Below are positions 11,836 to 24,422 of a stretch of DNA of 64,000 nucleotides, piece by piece. Origin of the DNA: Balanoglossus misakiensis (taxonomy: Eukaryota > Animalia > Hemichordata); assembly GCA_040954595.2 (NCBI GenBank), contig CM082578.2:4570831-4634830 (forward strand), written 5' to 3'. Every line of letters begins with the position of its first letter. Position 1 is the stretch's first letter. The notes beneath the pieces are model-generated. The model was not told the DNA's origin, did not search any database, and worked only from the letters and a program-made list of their open reading frames with translations. Made by a program: the position numbers and the translations under genes.

Positions 11836-14800
11836 TTAGCCAGTACGCGCAGTGTTAGAGTCTCCTTCAGTGTTACAACAAAGCCCACGATACAGGCCGA
11901 CTGTTCGCATGCGTAGCAGAAACGCCCCGAAAATGAAAACGCCCTGCAAGGTATTGGCAAGGATGAAAATGTAATCCAAAACATCGGCCTGAAAGAAGCC
12001 GTCCACAAAACCAATAATCCATGTCAACCCCATAACAGTAGACATCTTGATAGAAAAGAGTACATGTTGAGCCGTGTACGATGTCTGTCGATGCTTTTTC
12101 ATTTCTCTTTCCGACGCTAACATGGAGAAAACAGTGTATATTAAGCAAACGACATTGAAAAGAACAATGAGGCCAACAGGGCCGAGGAATGTGACAATCA
12201 AAGGGGTCAGCCGACCGATCCAACATACAGGGCCCTCACTGTAACCAACTCGGAAACCATACGGAGCAGTATGATCGATCACTACACAGACTCCAACGAA
12301 AACGAATGGTAGCAACCAGGCATACAGACAGTAGTACACAAATATGTTGCTATTCCCCAAATCGGCGCGGGTCAGTTGTGTGCGCATGTGCACGATGTCA
12401 AAGGCCATAACACTCATCCAACAGAATGCTGCCAGCCAAATGTAGTGCGAAACAATAGCAGCTGTTTTGCACAGCCATGCAATCGCTGTCCAGTCTAAGA
12501 CCGTGATAAACAACAGCTGTGCGATCAAAAGAGCTATGGCCAAGTTTTGTATAATCTTTCCTGGACGAGTTCTCATATGTTTGAAAAGAGAGATTGTGAT
12601 GGTTGTGACAGAAAGACAGACTATGGACAGAATACAGCCAACAAGCGTTAATAGCTGTTTCAGTTTTGTTTTTGACTTCTTGTTCCAAAACGTGGTCATT
12701 CTTTTCTTGGACTGACATACGAAGGCTTGGGAACGGTCTTTTGATAGAACAAACTTTTCCTTTGGATATACCGATGATTCAACTGAAAGAACGTCGTCGC
12801 TTACACGGAAATTGCCTTCAGAAAATCTCAAAATCACCCCTTCTTTACAACTCGTTATAAAATTATCAACGTTTCTGTTGGGAGATTTGCACATTGTGAC
12901 CATTAGCTGTATGTCTGGTGAGGCCGAGGCTGGACTTTTATGTGTGTAATGGCATGATTTAGACACAAATAATTGGGAGCTGTACTTCCATGTTACATTA
13001 GCCATTAAGTCTTCATTTACAGTCGTGTTGGTGTACTTAAATGTGCGAGTCTCAAATGTGACTTGATCGGATTTGTTGCTACAACTGGGTTTCAACATTT
13101 CAAAAGTGACCGATCTGACGATAAAGTCCATCATCAGCAATTCTGAGCCTACTTGAAACCAGGTTGTTTTACAAGCTGTTGGGAGAAAATCATCTGTAAT
13201 ATTTGATTCAACGTAAACAAGAAGAGACACAGTTGCAAGTAGATCATCAAAATCCTCTGTTCTGTCACAATTGTAATGTGAGTTGGAAATGTTGTGTGTG
13301 TAAACAACAGACAGATTTCGTATCAGTGATGTCACTGTTTTTTCGAGGTTGAACAAATCGCAGGCTTTCACTTCCGACGGCAAAGAAACGCGGAAGGTGA
13401 GCAAAATGGCGGGGTGTTTATCGTGAGCTGACATTACAAAGAAGTCATTTAGCTCTGCCCGTTCTGATAAAGGATTCGTTTTCAACGTTACCATGCCTAA
13501 ATTGTAGTTATCAAAAAATGGTCTCAAAACACATTTTCCTTGGAGCATATCAAAGATTTGGTCGTGTTCGCAGTACCATTGCTCTTGAACAAGGGTTTCA
13601 CTTAAAGAGGACAGTCGATGTTCTCCCTGTGCGTTGAAGTCGAACAGTATATCAAATGTGGGGTTTAGTTTACCGCCATCGGGTATCTTCTCCAGTGGAG
13701 GTAAACCGCATGTGATATATGGGGGATATATTTCAACGCCATTGCATATTGCACAATGAATGTTCTTGTAATATGTTACCCTTTTTCTTCTACCTATGCT
13801 AATTACTGCTGAATAACTGTGACACAGATTAACAATTGTGTCATTGTGGTAATCAGCACTGCAGGTATCAACGGGCGTGAAACATTCAGTTACACCGTGC
13901 CTGAGACTGTTATCGATGTTTGGCATCCTTGAACACGATTGTGATGACCTCGCGAAGGAGATAGAAGAGGAAATATTAGCATAAAAATCGTGCAGCAATT
14001 CCACTCCTACCGTACACTTCCACTCTAACGACGAAAAATGTAGGCTTGATTCATTCACACCATTACAAATAGCGCAGTAGATATTGCTGTACACCACTTC
14101 ACCGACAGTGTCAATCATTGGAGTCACATCCAAAATGGACGCATCTGTCATAAAAATGCAAAATACATTTTTACGTTGTTAGCAAGGCCCTTGAATCGGA
14201 ATTAGTCACTTTACTCTTCGGATTCGAATCCACCTAAAGGCCACCGTTTGAGAATTACCCAATCTGATTAAAATCAGATTGAGAATTACCATTCCTACTG
14301 GGGGGGGGAGAGACTATAGAATGTTGTTTACAAAACACAACGGTTCTGTTAATACAGGCTGTTGTTTTAAAGGCCGCCGCACACGAGAGAAATTAGCTGA
14401 GCAAAAAGTCATTCGAGGAATTTTGCTCAGCAAGTTTCCTCCCGTTTGCGGGCGCTTTTTCCTGATCTTATCGCTTTTGTGCCGCGGATCACGATATTCA
14501 AAATGTTTGATATTTTCCCTCACGAGGAAATTTACTCAAAAAATTATTCAAAATAGCTGAAACCACCGCCAAACTAGAAACACCGTATTTCTTTTGATGC
14601 CAACATCGCGTTATCTCTAAAATTCTAACAACGTCACAATTTAGTAGACAAAGAGGCGCCCCCCCCCCCCCCCATCCCAATTGCGCAGTTGAAGTAGTGC
14701 GTGTTGAGAGAGACGTGAACAGAAAGGGGTGGAAGATTCGAGCACAGACGACGAGAGTTGTTTAGCGTGTCGAATGCTGCTCTACGAAGCTCGTAGTTAC

Positions 14801-17800
14801 CTTCTGACCGAGACATTTACGCTTGAACGGACTGGGTTCCCCCACTTCAGGTCGGTAGATTCCTTTGAAGCAGAGACGTGAATTGCTAGTTCTGCGGGTT
14901 ACAGTGTATCCCGTCTGTCGAACATTTTTAGAGAATTGACGTATTGTGAAGAGAGACGATTGAGAAGAGATTAGCAGTGTAGGATAGAGACGACGTACCA
15001 AACTGCCGTGTTGTATGATTTGTGTTGTTGAAATACAATGTAAATACGACGGAAGAGTTTGAACCGCATTGCTGTATGAACTGATAGTTTTGTGGCAAAT
15101 TCGGGCGTGCGGGGCCGCCGCTAACCTTGCAGCGATCACCCGGTCGCTTGAGAACGTTCTTGACGTACGCATGAACTTGTTGTTTGTGGTAGCAAAATAT
15201 ATGAACTTAGCGTGACAGGTTACGTTGTTTGAAAAATAACGTTGACGCGTCATCGCGCCCAGCGTCGGACACCACGTGATTTTTTTTCAGATCTGGCTTT
15301 TTCAACGTACTTTTTTGGCATTCATGATTAGTATATATCTATGTTCTTGTTCCGCTATTTCCTTTCCGAAAACCCCAAAGTTTTAAACGTGTACACTTTG
15401 ACTAGAAAAGGCCTCAGACACCTTCATATGCTGTCTGGCAGCTGGGGTGAGATATCCGACCGCGGTGAAGCTCAAAGTGGCATGGAGCTGGTCATGTTTG
15501 GAGCGGTGCAGCCGGCCGGTGGATAGACGTCCCACACTTTCATACCCACCAGCGTGCGGTAATCGGCAAGAACCCATCGGGGGGAACCCAGTCCGTTCAC
15601 GCGCAAATGTCCCGGTCGGAAGGTAACTACGAGCTTCGTAGAGCAGCGTTCGACATGCTAAACAACTCTCGTCATCTGTACGAGTCTGTGTTTCTAGTTT
15701 GTCGGTTGTTTCAGCTATTTTGAATTATGTGGTAAACAACATTCTATAGTCTCCCCCGGCCAGTAGGAATGACGAACAAACGACGTTGCCAAACTTGCAT
15801 ATATACCGCTAGTTACGGTTGATGACGTAGAACAGGGGGTATGTGGATTTTTTTCTGTCCAGGCCTACGCCACAAGGTGGAAATATGGGTCAGTTCATGT
15901 GATAACATGGCAGTATATGTAAATATAATTAATTTTACTCATTCAGTAACAAGACTAAGGGACCGTTCAGTTTTTTACGGCCGGGGGGGCGGCAAAATCC
16001 AAGGGGGGGGGGTTATCGGAGATGATAAAACTCTGACCATGAGTCATTTTGAGGATCACAGCTCGGATACTTTGAGCCAATCAGAACAGAGTATTTTAGC
16101 CCAATCAGAGGCCCAGTTAATCACCCAATGACATATCTTTCCCGCCAAAACAAAATTTGCTACTTTTTGGCTGGCGTTTGTGCTTGTGTAATCAGTTCTT
16201 GCGTGACCTTCAATAAAGCTGTTTAAAGGTTGTACAGCTGCGTCCCGCTCCTGTAAATTCCCCTGCCATCCCCTCAGAACCTTGTTCATAAATCCACCCC
16301 AGACGTAAAGTACGTCCCAGGGGTCACTTAAATTTTGAAGTCCAAAGGGGGGGGGGGGTCATCTTTTCTTTTTAAACGTTTAGGGGGGGTCACATACTTT
16401 TGCCATCGAACTTTTGCTTTTGAGTCCACAAAATTGCAGTTTCGCGCCCTTTATTTTACAAACGTTTCTAATGTGGGAGGGGGACACCTCCTCCCACACC
16501 AACCCCCTCCATTCTCCGCCACATTTCGATTTTTGCTGGTTTGTCTAGTGTACCAGGGCAGAGTGCTTGCCACCCCAAACCCACTGACGATAATATTTAA
16601 CAAAGTAAATACATAAAGGAGAATAATCGTTTATACCATTTCGCATAACTGATAGTTTCGTGCTGCATCTTCTATATGCTGGAAGTTTTATAAATGATGT
16701 CATGACGAAGATGACGCCAAATCTTCTAACTATGAGTGGAATGGCAAAAAGTAAAATTGGTCCTCCCAAACATTGAGATGAATTTGCTTTTGAGTTCATA
16801 AAAATGCAACTTTGAGCTACATATTTTACAAAATGTTCTTATGTGGGAGGGGGACACCCTCTCCCGCACCCAGCCCCTCCATTCTTTGCAACATATCATT
16901 TATTCGCTGGTTTTTCAAGTGTACCAGGCCAGACTTATTCCCAACCCACCGCCTATGCTTACTTTGAGTGGAGTGGCAAAATCAAAATTTGTCCTGCCTA
17001 ACATTGAGTTAATTTGCTTTTGAGTTCATTAAATGCAACTTTGAGCACCGTATTTTACAAAATTTTCCTACGCACACCCCGCCACTTTTCTTGTTTTACC
17101 AATCCTACTAGCCTAGTCCTAGCCTTATTTTGTCTGCTTTGCTTGTCATTTTAATTTATTCATAATTCATTCTTATTGCAACGATACATTATTATATACT
17201 TCAATTACTTTAAGAAATTTAGAATTGAGGTGTGGGAACCCTCATTCCCTATAATGCATACAGTGTACATACATGTAGGATCAGGACGGATGTTTTCGGC
17301 GTGGGGGGGGTCATCATATTTTTGGGTCTGTCAAAGGGGGGGGTCATCATTTTTTGGTGCTGGGTGAAGGGGGGTCGGCCTGATTTTGAAAACCGATGAC
17401 ACAAACTTGCCGACCCCCCCCCCCCCAGCCGTAAAAACTGAACGGTCCCTAATCTAAGTTGAAATACACAGAAAAGGGATAATACCAGCTTTTTCTGTAG
17501 ATTTAGTCCTGTTTGCAAAGGTACCTTCAATTTTAGGCTTCTGCATCATTGTGTCAATATTACAGCGTGGGGAGGGCAACTTCGCGATTTGTAGCGTGCA
17601 CTACGAATGATGAGCTCTGATGATGCCGGAACCGAACGTTCTCTGTGCATGCAAGCTCTTTTTCGAATATGATTTAAAAACCACAAGAATAGTCTAAAAC
17701 GAGATTTATGCAACAAATCGGAAATGCTAGTATTCCGTCAAACATCGTGAAGGTTGGATTATTTCACCTTGAGTGTAAAAAATCTATTTAATATTTCAGC

Positions 17801-18927
17801 AATCAATAGTTAGGATATATCGATTAAATATGCTTGGGCCGGGTAGGTTATCTCAATGGAAATGTCAGACGATCGCTCTTAGACGGGCGCTTTGTGTTTC
17901 CCCTGTTGGTCGGTAGACCAATCTGATTAAAATCAGATGTAGGGTACATTGTACGTCGACGTCTTTTACTTACGCGGTACGGTATATCAGATTGTCGGCC
18001 GACGTGACAGACGGGCACCTTTAACGTGCACCGCTTAGATGTTTTGCAAATCAGAGCCGAAAAGTTCAAATAGTGCGAAAAAGTGAGAAAAGTAACATTG
18101 GTCTTACCACTGGCGGTTTCACACTGTTGTCGGACATTCTCGTGTGGCCAGTCTCTTGGACATTTGCGCGTCGCCATGACGTTATACCTTCCACCAGCAG
18201 CGGGCATACAATATTCTGGCAGCCATATTTCATCCGGGTCAGGCACCTGTCTACTGTCACCAAAGCATCTGTCTATGTAATCGTGACAACAGTCTTCACG
18301 CACTAAGCATTCAGGCTCACAGCTACACATTGTATTGTCATGTTCTCTCAGTTTCACGGTGGCGGTGCCGTTGCAAACCAGGCCCCTCGGCGTGAGGCAC
18401 GAGTCCATACGAAATCCCGTGTTTGGATAACGGCACTGCAGTGACTCTGCATCCAAAAAATAATTTTGAGGAGCTAGAGTTGGCGCGGCTGTGCTGCTTG
18501 ACGTCACTGACGGTCGGGAACGTGTCGTTGATGATGATGAGAAGGATTTCGCCGTAGTCGTTAAGGTTTTCGTTTCTTGGGACTTCGGTTGACTGGTTGT
18601 TGTCAGAGGCCTCCCGTGGACGAAAGAGTCTTCAATCGTTGTCGACTGCAATGTAGAACGACCCGTCGCTAGATCTGAGGCTACGCTGGGCTTGGGTGTA
18701 GTGCTTAGTGGAGATATTGGCACGGTCTTCGTGATTATTCTGGGGGTGTGTCGAGATGGTTTTGTCACAGGCGCGCTCGTGAAGTCATCATCATGTTTCT
18801 TGTTCGTCATTCCAGTGGAACTCGAAGGCGTCGTTCCATAGCCTGTATCAGTGGTACGCGTCCATGCCATCATCGTATCTCCTTTGATGATTAAAACCAA
18901 GCAGCAAAAACACCAAACTGCTTTCAT
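11836..18927 (-). CDS. Class-B (7tm_2; Methuselah/adhesion-like) GPCR with mucin-like stalk, somatomedin-B domain and Cys-rich repeats, copy A (~1042 aa)
   Basis: Exon 1 18927-18108: signal-like MKAVWCFCCLVLII, Thr/Ser-rich stalk, SMB motif CSCEPECLVREDCCHDYIDRC. Phase-1 GT-AG intron 18107-14145. Exon 2 14144-11836: two YxNxxCAICNG motifs and a 7TM with HYIWLAAFCWM, YAWLLP, VMGLTWI, NTLQGVFIF. Confidence 0.9.
14290..15771. mobile_element. Foldback / long-TIR non-autonomous element in the GPCR-A intron
   Basis: Termini CATTCCTACTGG...AGACTATAGAATGTTGTTTAC and its reverse complement; further inverted blocks at 14550-14584 vs 15688-15722 and 14745-14843 vs 15580-15680; AC flanks both ends (possible 2-bp TSD). 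Absent from the copy B intron. Confidence 0.75.
15959..17449. mobile_element. PIF/Harbinger-type MITE (~1.49 kb)
   Basis: TIR GGGACCGTTCAGTTTTT(T)ACGGC; TAA TSD at 15956-15958 and 17450-17452. Internal repeats (TTTGCTTTTGAGTTCAT...GGGAGGGGGACACC) resemble sequence inside the 6590-7677 MITE. Confidence 0.9.
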
Positions 18928-19603
18928 AATGTATGCGTCATTCAATCTGGAATAACACCCAGAAAGAAAGAATTTAAGAATATAAAGGCAAAATTGACTT
19001 TGGTGATTTCTGAATTTTGTCGGCCATTTCACATCCCGACTCAAAATCAGACCAAACCCGAAATACGTAATAGAGCGACCCGATGTCCGTAATCACGTAA
19101 AATTAAAACAAGTAAGCAGTCAATACTATGCAAACATAAACATATCAAGACATCAGAGTACGTTTTACTATTATGTTTGACTCTGTGAAGTTTAATCGAA
19201 GTCTTCATCAACGACCTACCCCTACGTTGCATACAATGTAGATCAGTTTTAGTACTTTCTTGTGATTATCGTTTTCCACCTGCTCGTTCCAAAAATACAA
19301 ATACGAGCATTATCTGCGGTGCTGTTACAGTCGCCGTGCACGACGTAGAGCGCAACAATTGCCTGCTGAGAAACATAGTCGAATTTTCGAGCTTTGATTC
19401 GACTCACAAGTAAATGCATTTTAAGTGTATATGCATTTGCGTGTCATTGAAAATCCGCTTGCAGTTGAGTATACTTACCACAATTGAGAACAAGTGTTTT
19501 CTTCAGTCAGTTGCGTGATTCACCTATGTTAGTGGCTTGTTGAGTGCTCCCTGAAAATCTTCCCTCAAAAGATTCGTCTAGAGTAAGAATAACAGATTTG
19601 AGG

Positions 19604-19637
<34 letters not shown>

Positions 19638-20110
19638 GTGTTGGTAAATGATGAAATTGATTGGTCGACGTCTTCAAGGCTGATATTTTCATATGTGCTT
19701 CCTAAGATATCGACTAGCCAATAGAAATCATACAACTGTACATAAATTCATATTAACGTTACAACCACATTTATCCATCAATAAATTCAGTACAATTTTC
19801 TACAAATTCCTAGTAAATCAAATTATCCCCAAATTAGCCTGTACGTTAATCCGATACATCAAAAAAACACTTCGCTTCGAAGCTTGACTGCATAGAAACC
19901 GACATGTAACAAGGTTGGCTGTTTTACTTTTTAACAAAACTCGCATACCTTGCAAAATCCTGCTTAATACTTTCTGTTCATCGGCGTGAAAACCTAGGAG
20001 TCCCAACTACACCACCGATCATCTCGACTGGTCCGATAAAAAGTGCTCGATACTTAATAGCGGGATATAAAGTAAAGGTAGTTGGATAAACGAAAGGCGG
20101 TATACTTAGT

Positions 20111-20161
20111 AATCTCTACAACGTTGTTTTGTGAGTCACTGAAATCACTCATCAGGAGACT
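20111..20161 (-). ncRNA. Minimal type-I hammerhead ribozyme motif, degenerate
   Basis: Minus strand reads AGTCTC-CTGATGA-GTGATTT-CAGT-GACTCAC-AAAA-CAACGTTG-TA-GAGATT; the core GAAA is mutated to AAAA and stem II has mismatches. Confidence 0.6.
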
Positions 20162-20717
20162 AAACTGGCGAAAATCCGATACGTCTAGAAAACGCTTCGC
20201 TTCGATATGATGCTTGATTACTTAGAAACCGACGCCCACATCATCACACCATTCAAGATGTGTCTAGAATTGCCATCATCAAAATCAATAAAATGGACCA
20301 CTTGCTCCGCAGAAAAATACTAGAGTCAATGGGAATAACAAAATATTAATATCGATTGTGCATTTTGTGATATAAGCTCCAAACTTGGCCCAGATGTCTA
20401 TCTCGCTGCCATTTTTCCATTAATTATGTTTGATACAAGACACCGTTTATGTTAATGTACATGTGTACATGTATATGTAGTGAATGAACGTTCAACCACG
20501 CACAACTTCCACCCCGTTTGTATGATATGAGAGTAAAAACTCGCCCAAAATGAATAAATGGTAGAGACCGATTATTCATTTTGTTGATTTTTATCATTAT
20601 CGTGTCTGCAAGCAGCGTAAATTCAAGCGGAAGCGAGAAAAAGCTCTATAGCCCCTACAGCTGCCATATTTCACATATTTTTTTCCACAGTGAAATACTT
20701 CGAATATATTCCCTTTC

Positions 20718-21098
20718 AATAATAATAATAATAGTAATATTTATTTCTTACACGCACTACAATACGTCTCAGTGCGAGTTACAAAAGACGGTGATAAAAG
20801 AATCATAAAAAGCAGCAGAAAAATTAAAAAAGTCTCAGTTAAAATTCCCAATTAAAAGTCCGTCTAAAAAAACATACAGAAGATGATCCTAAAAAATTCA
20901 ATCACAAGTATGATTAAAAAGATGAGTTTTTAAACGACATTTAAAACAGTCAACAGATCTGGCGTTGCGAATCACAGGCGGCAGCGAATTCCACAGAGCA
21001 GGTGCACAAACAGAGAATGATCTCTGCCCATATGCCTTATTAAAGTTTCCACGAGGTGGCACCAACCGCAAAGAGTCAGCTGATCTGAGATCTCTAAT
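20718..21098 (-). mobile_element. 5'-truncated L2/CR1-group LINE 3' end
   Basis: Translates to LRSADSLRLVPPR...YGQRSFSVCAPALWNSLPPVIRNARSVDCFKCRLKTHLF*, the typical L2/CR1 ORF2 C-terminus, followed by a 3' UTR and a (TAT)n tail; it interrupts a family R fragment. Confidence 0.85.
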
Positions 21099-21164
21099 AT
21101 TTTCACCATTAAGCCATATTACTTGCATCTGCTTAAGTTTTTCATCTCTTGGTGAGTGTGCGTG

Positions 21165-21172
21165 TGTGTATG

Positions 21173-21204
<32 letters not shown>

Positions 21205-21264
21205 TGTATGTATGTATGTATGAATGTATGTATGTATGTATGTATGTATGTATGTATGTATGTA

Positions 21265-21342
<78 letters not shown>

Positions 21343-21547
21343 TACGTACGTACGTACGTACGTATGTATGTATGTATGTATGTATGTATGTATGTATGTA
21401 TGTATGTATGTATGTATGTATGTATGTATGTATGTATGTATGTATGTATGTATGTATGTATGTATGTATGTATGTATGTATGTATGTATGTATGTATGTA
21501 TGTATGTATGTATGCATGTATGTATGTATGTATACATACATACATAC
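21165..21547. repeat. Compound microsatellite (TATG)n-(TG)n-(TGCG)n-(TACG)n-(TATG)n
   Basis: Directly visible; accounts for the HTYI and MYVC ORFs. Confidence 0.98.
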
Positions 21548-21641
21548 GAAGTATGCGGTTCGACTGGTCCGATACAAAGTGCTCAATACAAGAGTAGAGC
21601 GGAGTATAAAGAAGGGTAGTAGGAGAAACGAAAGGCGGTGA

Positions 21642-21691
21642 AATCTCTACAACGCTGTTGCGTGAGTCACTAGACTCACTCATCAGGAGAT
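21642..21691 (-). ncRNA. Minimal hammerhead ribozyme motif, degenerate
   Basis: Minus strand reads ATCTC-CTGATGA-GTGAGTC-TAGT-GACTCAC-GCAA-CAGCGTTG-TA-GAGAT; GAAA is mutated to GCAA. Confidence 0.6.
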
Positions 21692-21896
21692 AGACTATAA
21701 TAGCCCACTAGTCGCTTGGTGATTTTTAAATATCAATACTTTTTGTGTTTTCGGTGGTTTTTTGTCTTAATAAATAAAAGCAATACTTTTTGCGTGCATG
21801 CTTGCCTTGAGCGTGTTTTTGGTAGTGAGGTGAGTTTCGAATTTGGGACTGAGCTTGTGGTTTCGGGTAGCGTCGACCAAGGGCTTTTCTTTGACT

Positions 21897-22745
21897 AGAA
21901 TTTCAATGAAATATATATCGTTTGCGTCAATATCATACACTTTTTACCATGAAGTACTACTTAAGTCAGTCAAACCCCTATCTTTACGAGTGTAAATCTT
22001 GGCGTTGCTGGTCTAAGTGTATTTTCAATTCAGCTGATTTCTGCGGTCGTTCACTTCATAGACAAGGTGTCTTACCATTATGGTCAATACTCAATGATAT
22101 ATATTGTTGGTGCAATTTTCGGTTGGAGTTGAGGCGGCATTTTGCCTCAAGGTTTTTCCGTGCATAGTAGAATTGGTCTCTTGTAATTATGGATAATTGT
22201 AACTTGGAGAAGTTTGCATTCATACTGCCATGCCACAATCAGGTACAATTTGTATTTAGGCTAGCATTCAGTATACTGAATTTGGATCTGTTCATATAAA
22301 TTGGACCGCTGTAAACGTTTACATCTTCCGAAATAGAAAATATATGAAATAAAATAAGTATAATTTACCAAAGGCTTTGAAGCGGCTTGTGACTGAGAGA
22401 TAAAACATGGTACAGAAGGTCACATGATTCAAAGCCTAGGGTAATTGTCCATCTCTACAAGAGATGCGATCACCATTGTAAGAGTAATCAACCAAATGAT
22501 GGGTAAAAAATGCACCGACTGTCTAAGTAGCGTAAATTCAAGCGGAAGCGAGAAAAAGCTTTAAAGCCCCTACAGCTGCCAAATTTCACATATTTTTCCA
22601 CAGTGAACACAATTCACCATTTGTAAGAGTAATCAACCAAACGGTGACAAAAAAGCCTTGCAAAGTAAGTTTTCCCAGCCTTGAATTTCTAAAAATCATC
22701 AAAGTTTTCTTCATTTTAGAAGAAAGCTATACATGCAGCTAGTAT
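21897..22745 (+). repeat. Dispersed repeat family R (uninterrupted copy)
   Basis: Matches 6305-6589 joined to 7681 onward, and the reverse complement of 32095-32766 and 33330-33960. Confidence 0.85.
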
Positions 22746-23108
22746 AGAGCGAGATATTAATATTTTCCTCGCAACGATCGACGGCGACAGTCACACATTA
22801 ATCAGATCAAAATTCAAATCATCAATATTACTAAGATATCATTGATTTTCCTAATAAAGCTCTACAACATGCAGGGATTACGGGATGGGATCGGAAGCCA
22901 TACACAGCCAACACTCAAGTCACTGACATCAGACAAATGGCATTCAGAACGTAGCAATAACAATTTTAATGAACATTAAAATATTTTAGAAGAACATTAA
23001 AACAGCAAAGGTGGAAAAACGCAATTCAGTCTCTCAAAATTAATAACAAAGTGTTCGATCGCGGCCCCCATCACCGGCGGTGCCCCATACCCGGAAGTCT
23101 CGCTAAGA

Positions 23109-24422
23109 CTACTCGCTATCCGAATCATACATCACAAACGGACGCGGACGTTTCCTTGCGGCTCCAGCTCCAGCCGTCGATGGCATGCACATATGTATAG
23201 TGCAGTTGTTAAAAACTGTGGCTGGAGCTGCTTGTTGTTTGAATGGACCGGGTTTTGTGTCTTCAGGAGTGCTACTGCTGGGCTTGCTTAGAATTGCTGA
23301 AATGCGCCGGTGATCCTCAAACGAAACGGTGTCGTAGTGTTGTAGACTCGAGACGTTTTTGTGTCAGGTTATTTTTATGATCTGTTGTGGTGGGATTCCT
23401 GCCTTCGTCTGTGTTTGAACGGTTGTCTTCCGTACAGAATGATTTGTTTTTCGCCCACCAAACTTCATTGCAGCTGCAGCTCGTGGCATAAATGAGGCGA
23501 TTTTATTTTTCCCCATCGGTCGATCGAAATACCACACGAATGAGTTGATGTCGACTGCGGGTAACGGTTGCAGATAGAATGGGCTGTCCAGGGTACATTT
23601 TTCGATCGGGCGGTGTTGAACGTGCTCGCGATAAATTCTGATAGGGTTTCTGGTAGAATCGGCAACAGAGAACATGCGAGGTGGTACGGCACGACGATCT
23701 CCATATGTTCCATCGCGTGTTTTGGTATCGCGTTCCCGGAACTCTAAAAAATCGAGGCCAGAGCTATCCCTTTGGATAGTGATGTCTCCGAAGCACAGTT
23801 TTCTGTGCTCGTCCCGACCGCGTAGACCGAAGTGCTTCGTGAATAAATACCACAGAGTGAAATTCAAGGTGTCACCGTCAGCGCTGCCAAGTTTGCCTTC
23901 TTTCCACATTGCCTCCTCTTCTTCTGGAGATATAGCTTCACTGGCACGACTGCCAGAGCCCATGCCAGACTTCTTTAGCTGCATCCGTTTAGCTTTAATT
24001 GCGTCATTAGTCAACGCGAAGCTCTTGTCATTCAACGACACCCCGTAGTTGTTTTGCGTGAGGAAGCGCTCCACGCTATACTTTACAGCTGAAACAGAGC
24101 CTGGTTCGTAGTCAGTGCCGTCAGCTTTTTTGAGATTGACGAAGAATGTTGCTAGATATTCGTTCAACGTCTTGGGTGGTATTTCCGCTAAGTTGCGAGT
24201 GTCCCCGTATTTGTTCTCAATGAAACGCCGTACCTTTGCTACGTCTCGCTCAGTCGTACGAACCGTGCTCGGTTTTCTTTGCGATTTGATGAAATCGTTC
24301 ACACTTGCCAAATCATCTTCACCAACTGTTGCCTCGCTTTCTCCTTCGAGTCCGAAAAGTAAAACATCTAATTCGTCTTTTGGAATTTCTTCCATCCACC
24401 GGATAATATCGTCCGCAGCCAC
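23109..24422 (-). pseudogene. Crypton-type tyrosine recombinase (DUF3504 / ZMYM-KCTD1-QRICH1-like) with a premature stop
   Basis: Motifs FGLRGRDEHR, KTR and TNHSVRKT, then KIT-TGA(23364-23366)-HKNVSSLQHY. The frame continues past the TGA to FNNCTI...RKRPRPFVMYDSDSE-TAG(23109-23111). Intronless; the ORF begins at GTG. Confidence 0.88.

Larger units (their letters stand above)
10217..19985 (-). repeat. Arm A of an inverted segmental duplication (partner ~34305-41062)
   Basis: Upstream region, both exons, intron edges and ~1.6 kb of downstream sequence align as reverse complement to arm B. Arm A is longer because of TE insertions in its intron. Confidence 0.9.

Noticed and set aside
20898-21683. 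261-aa ORF and overlapping HTYI/MYVC ORFs
   Set aside because: Open only because of a microsatellite; the only meaningful part is the LINE C-terminal fragment.
23109-24422. Idea that the tyrosine recombinase inverts DNA between the two variable GPCRs, like a shufflon
   Set aside because: The enzyme is truncated before its catalytic Tyr, no recombination sites were identified, and inversion would disrupt WASP. An independent Crypton insertion is the simpler explanation.
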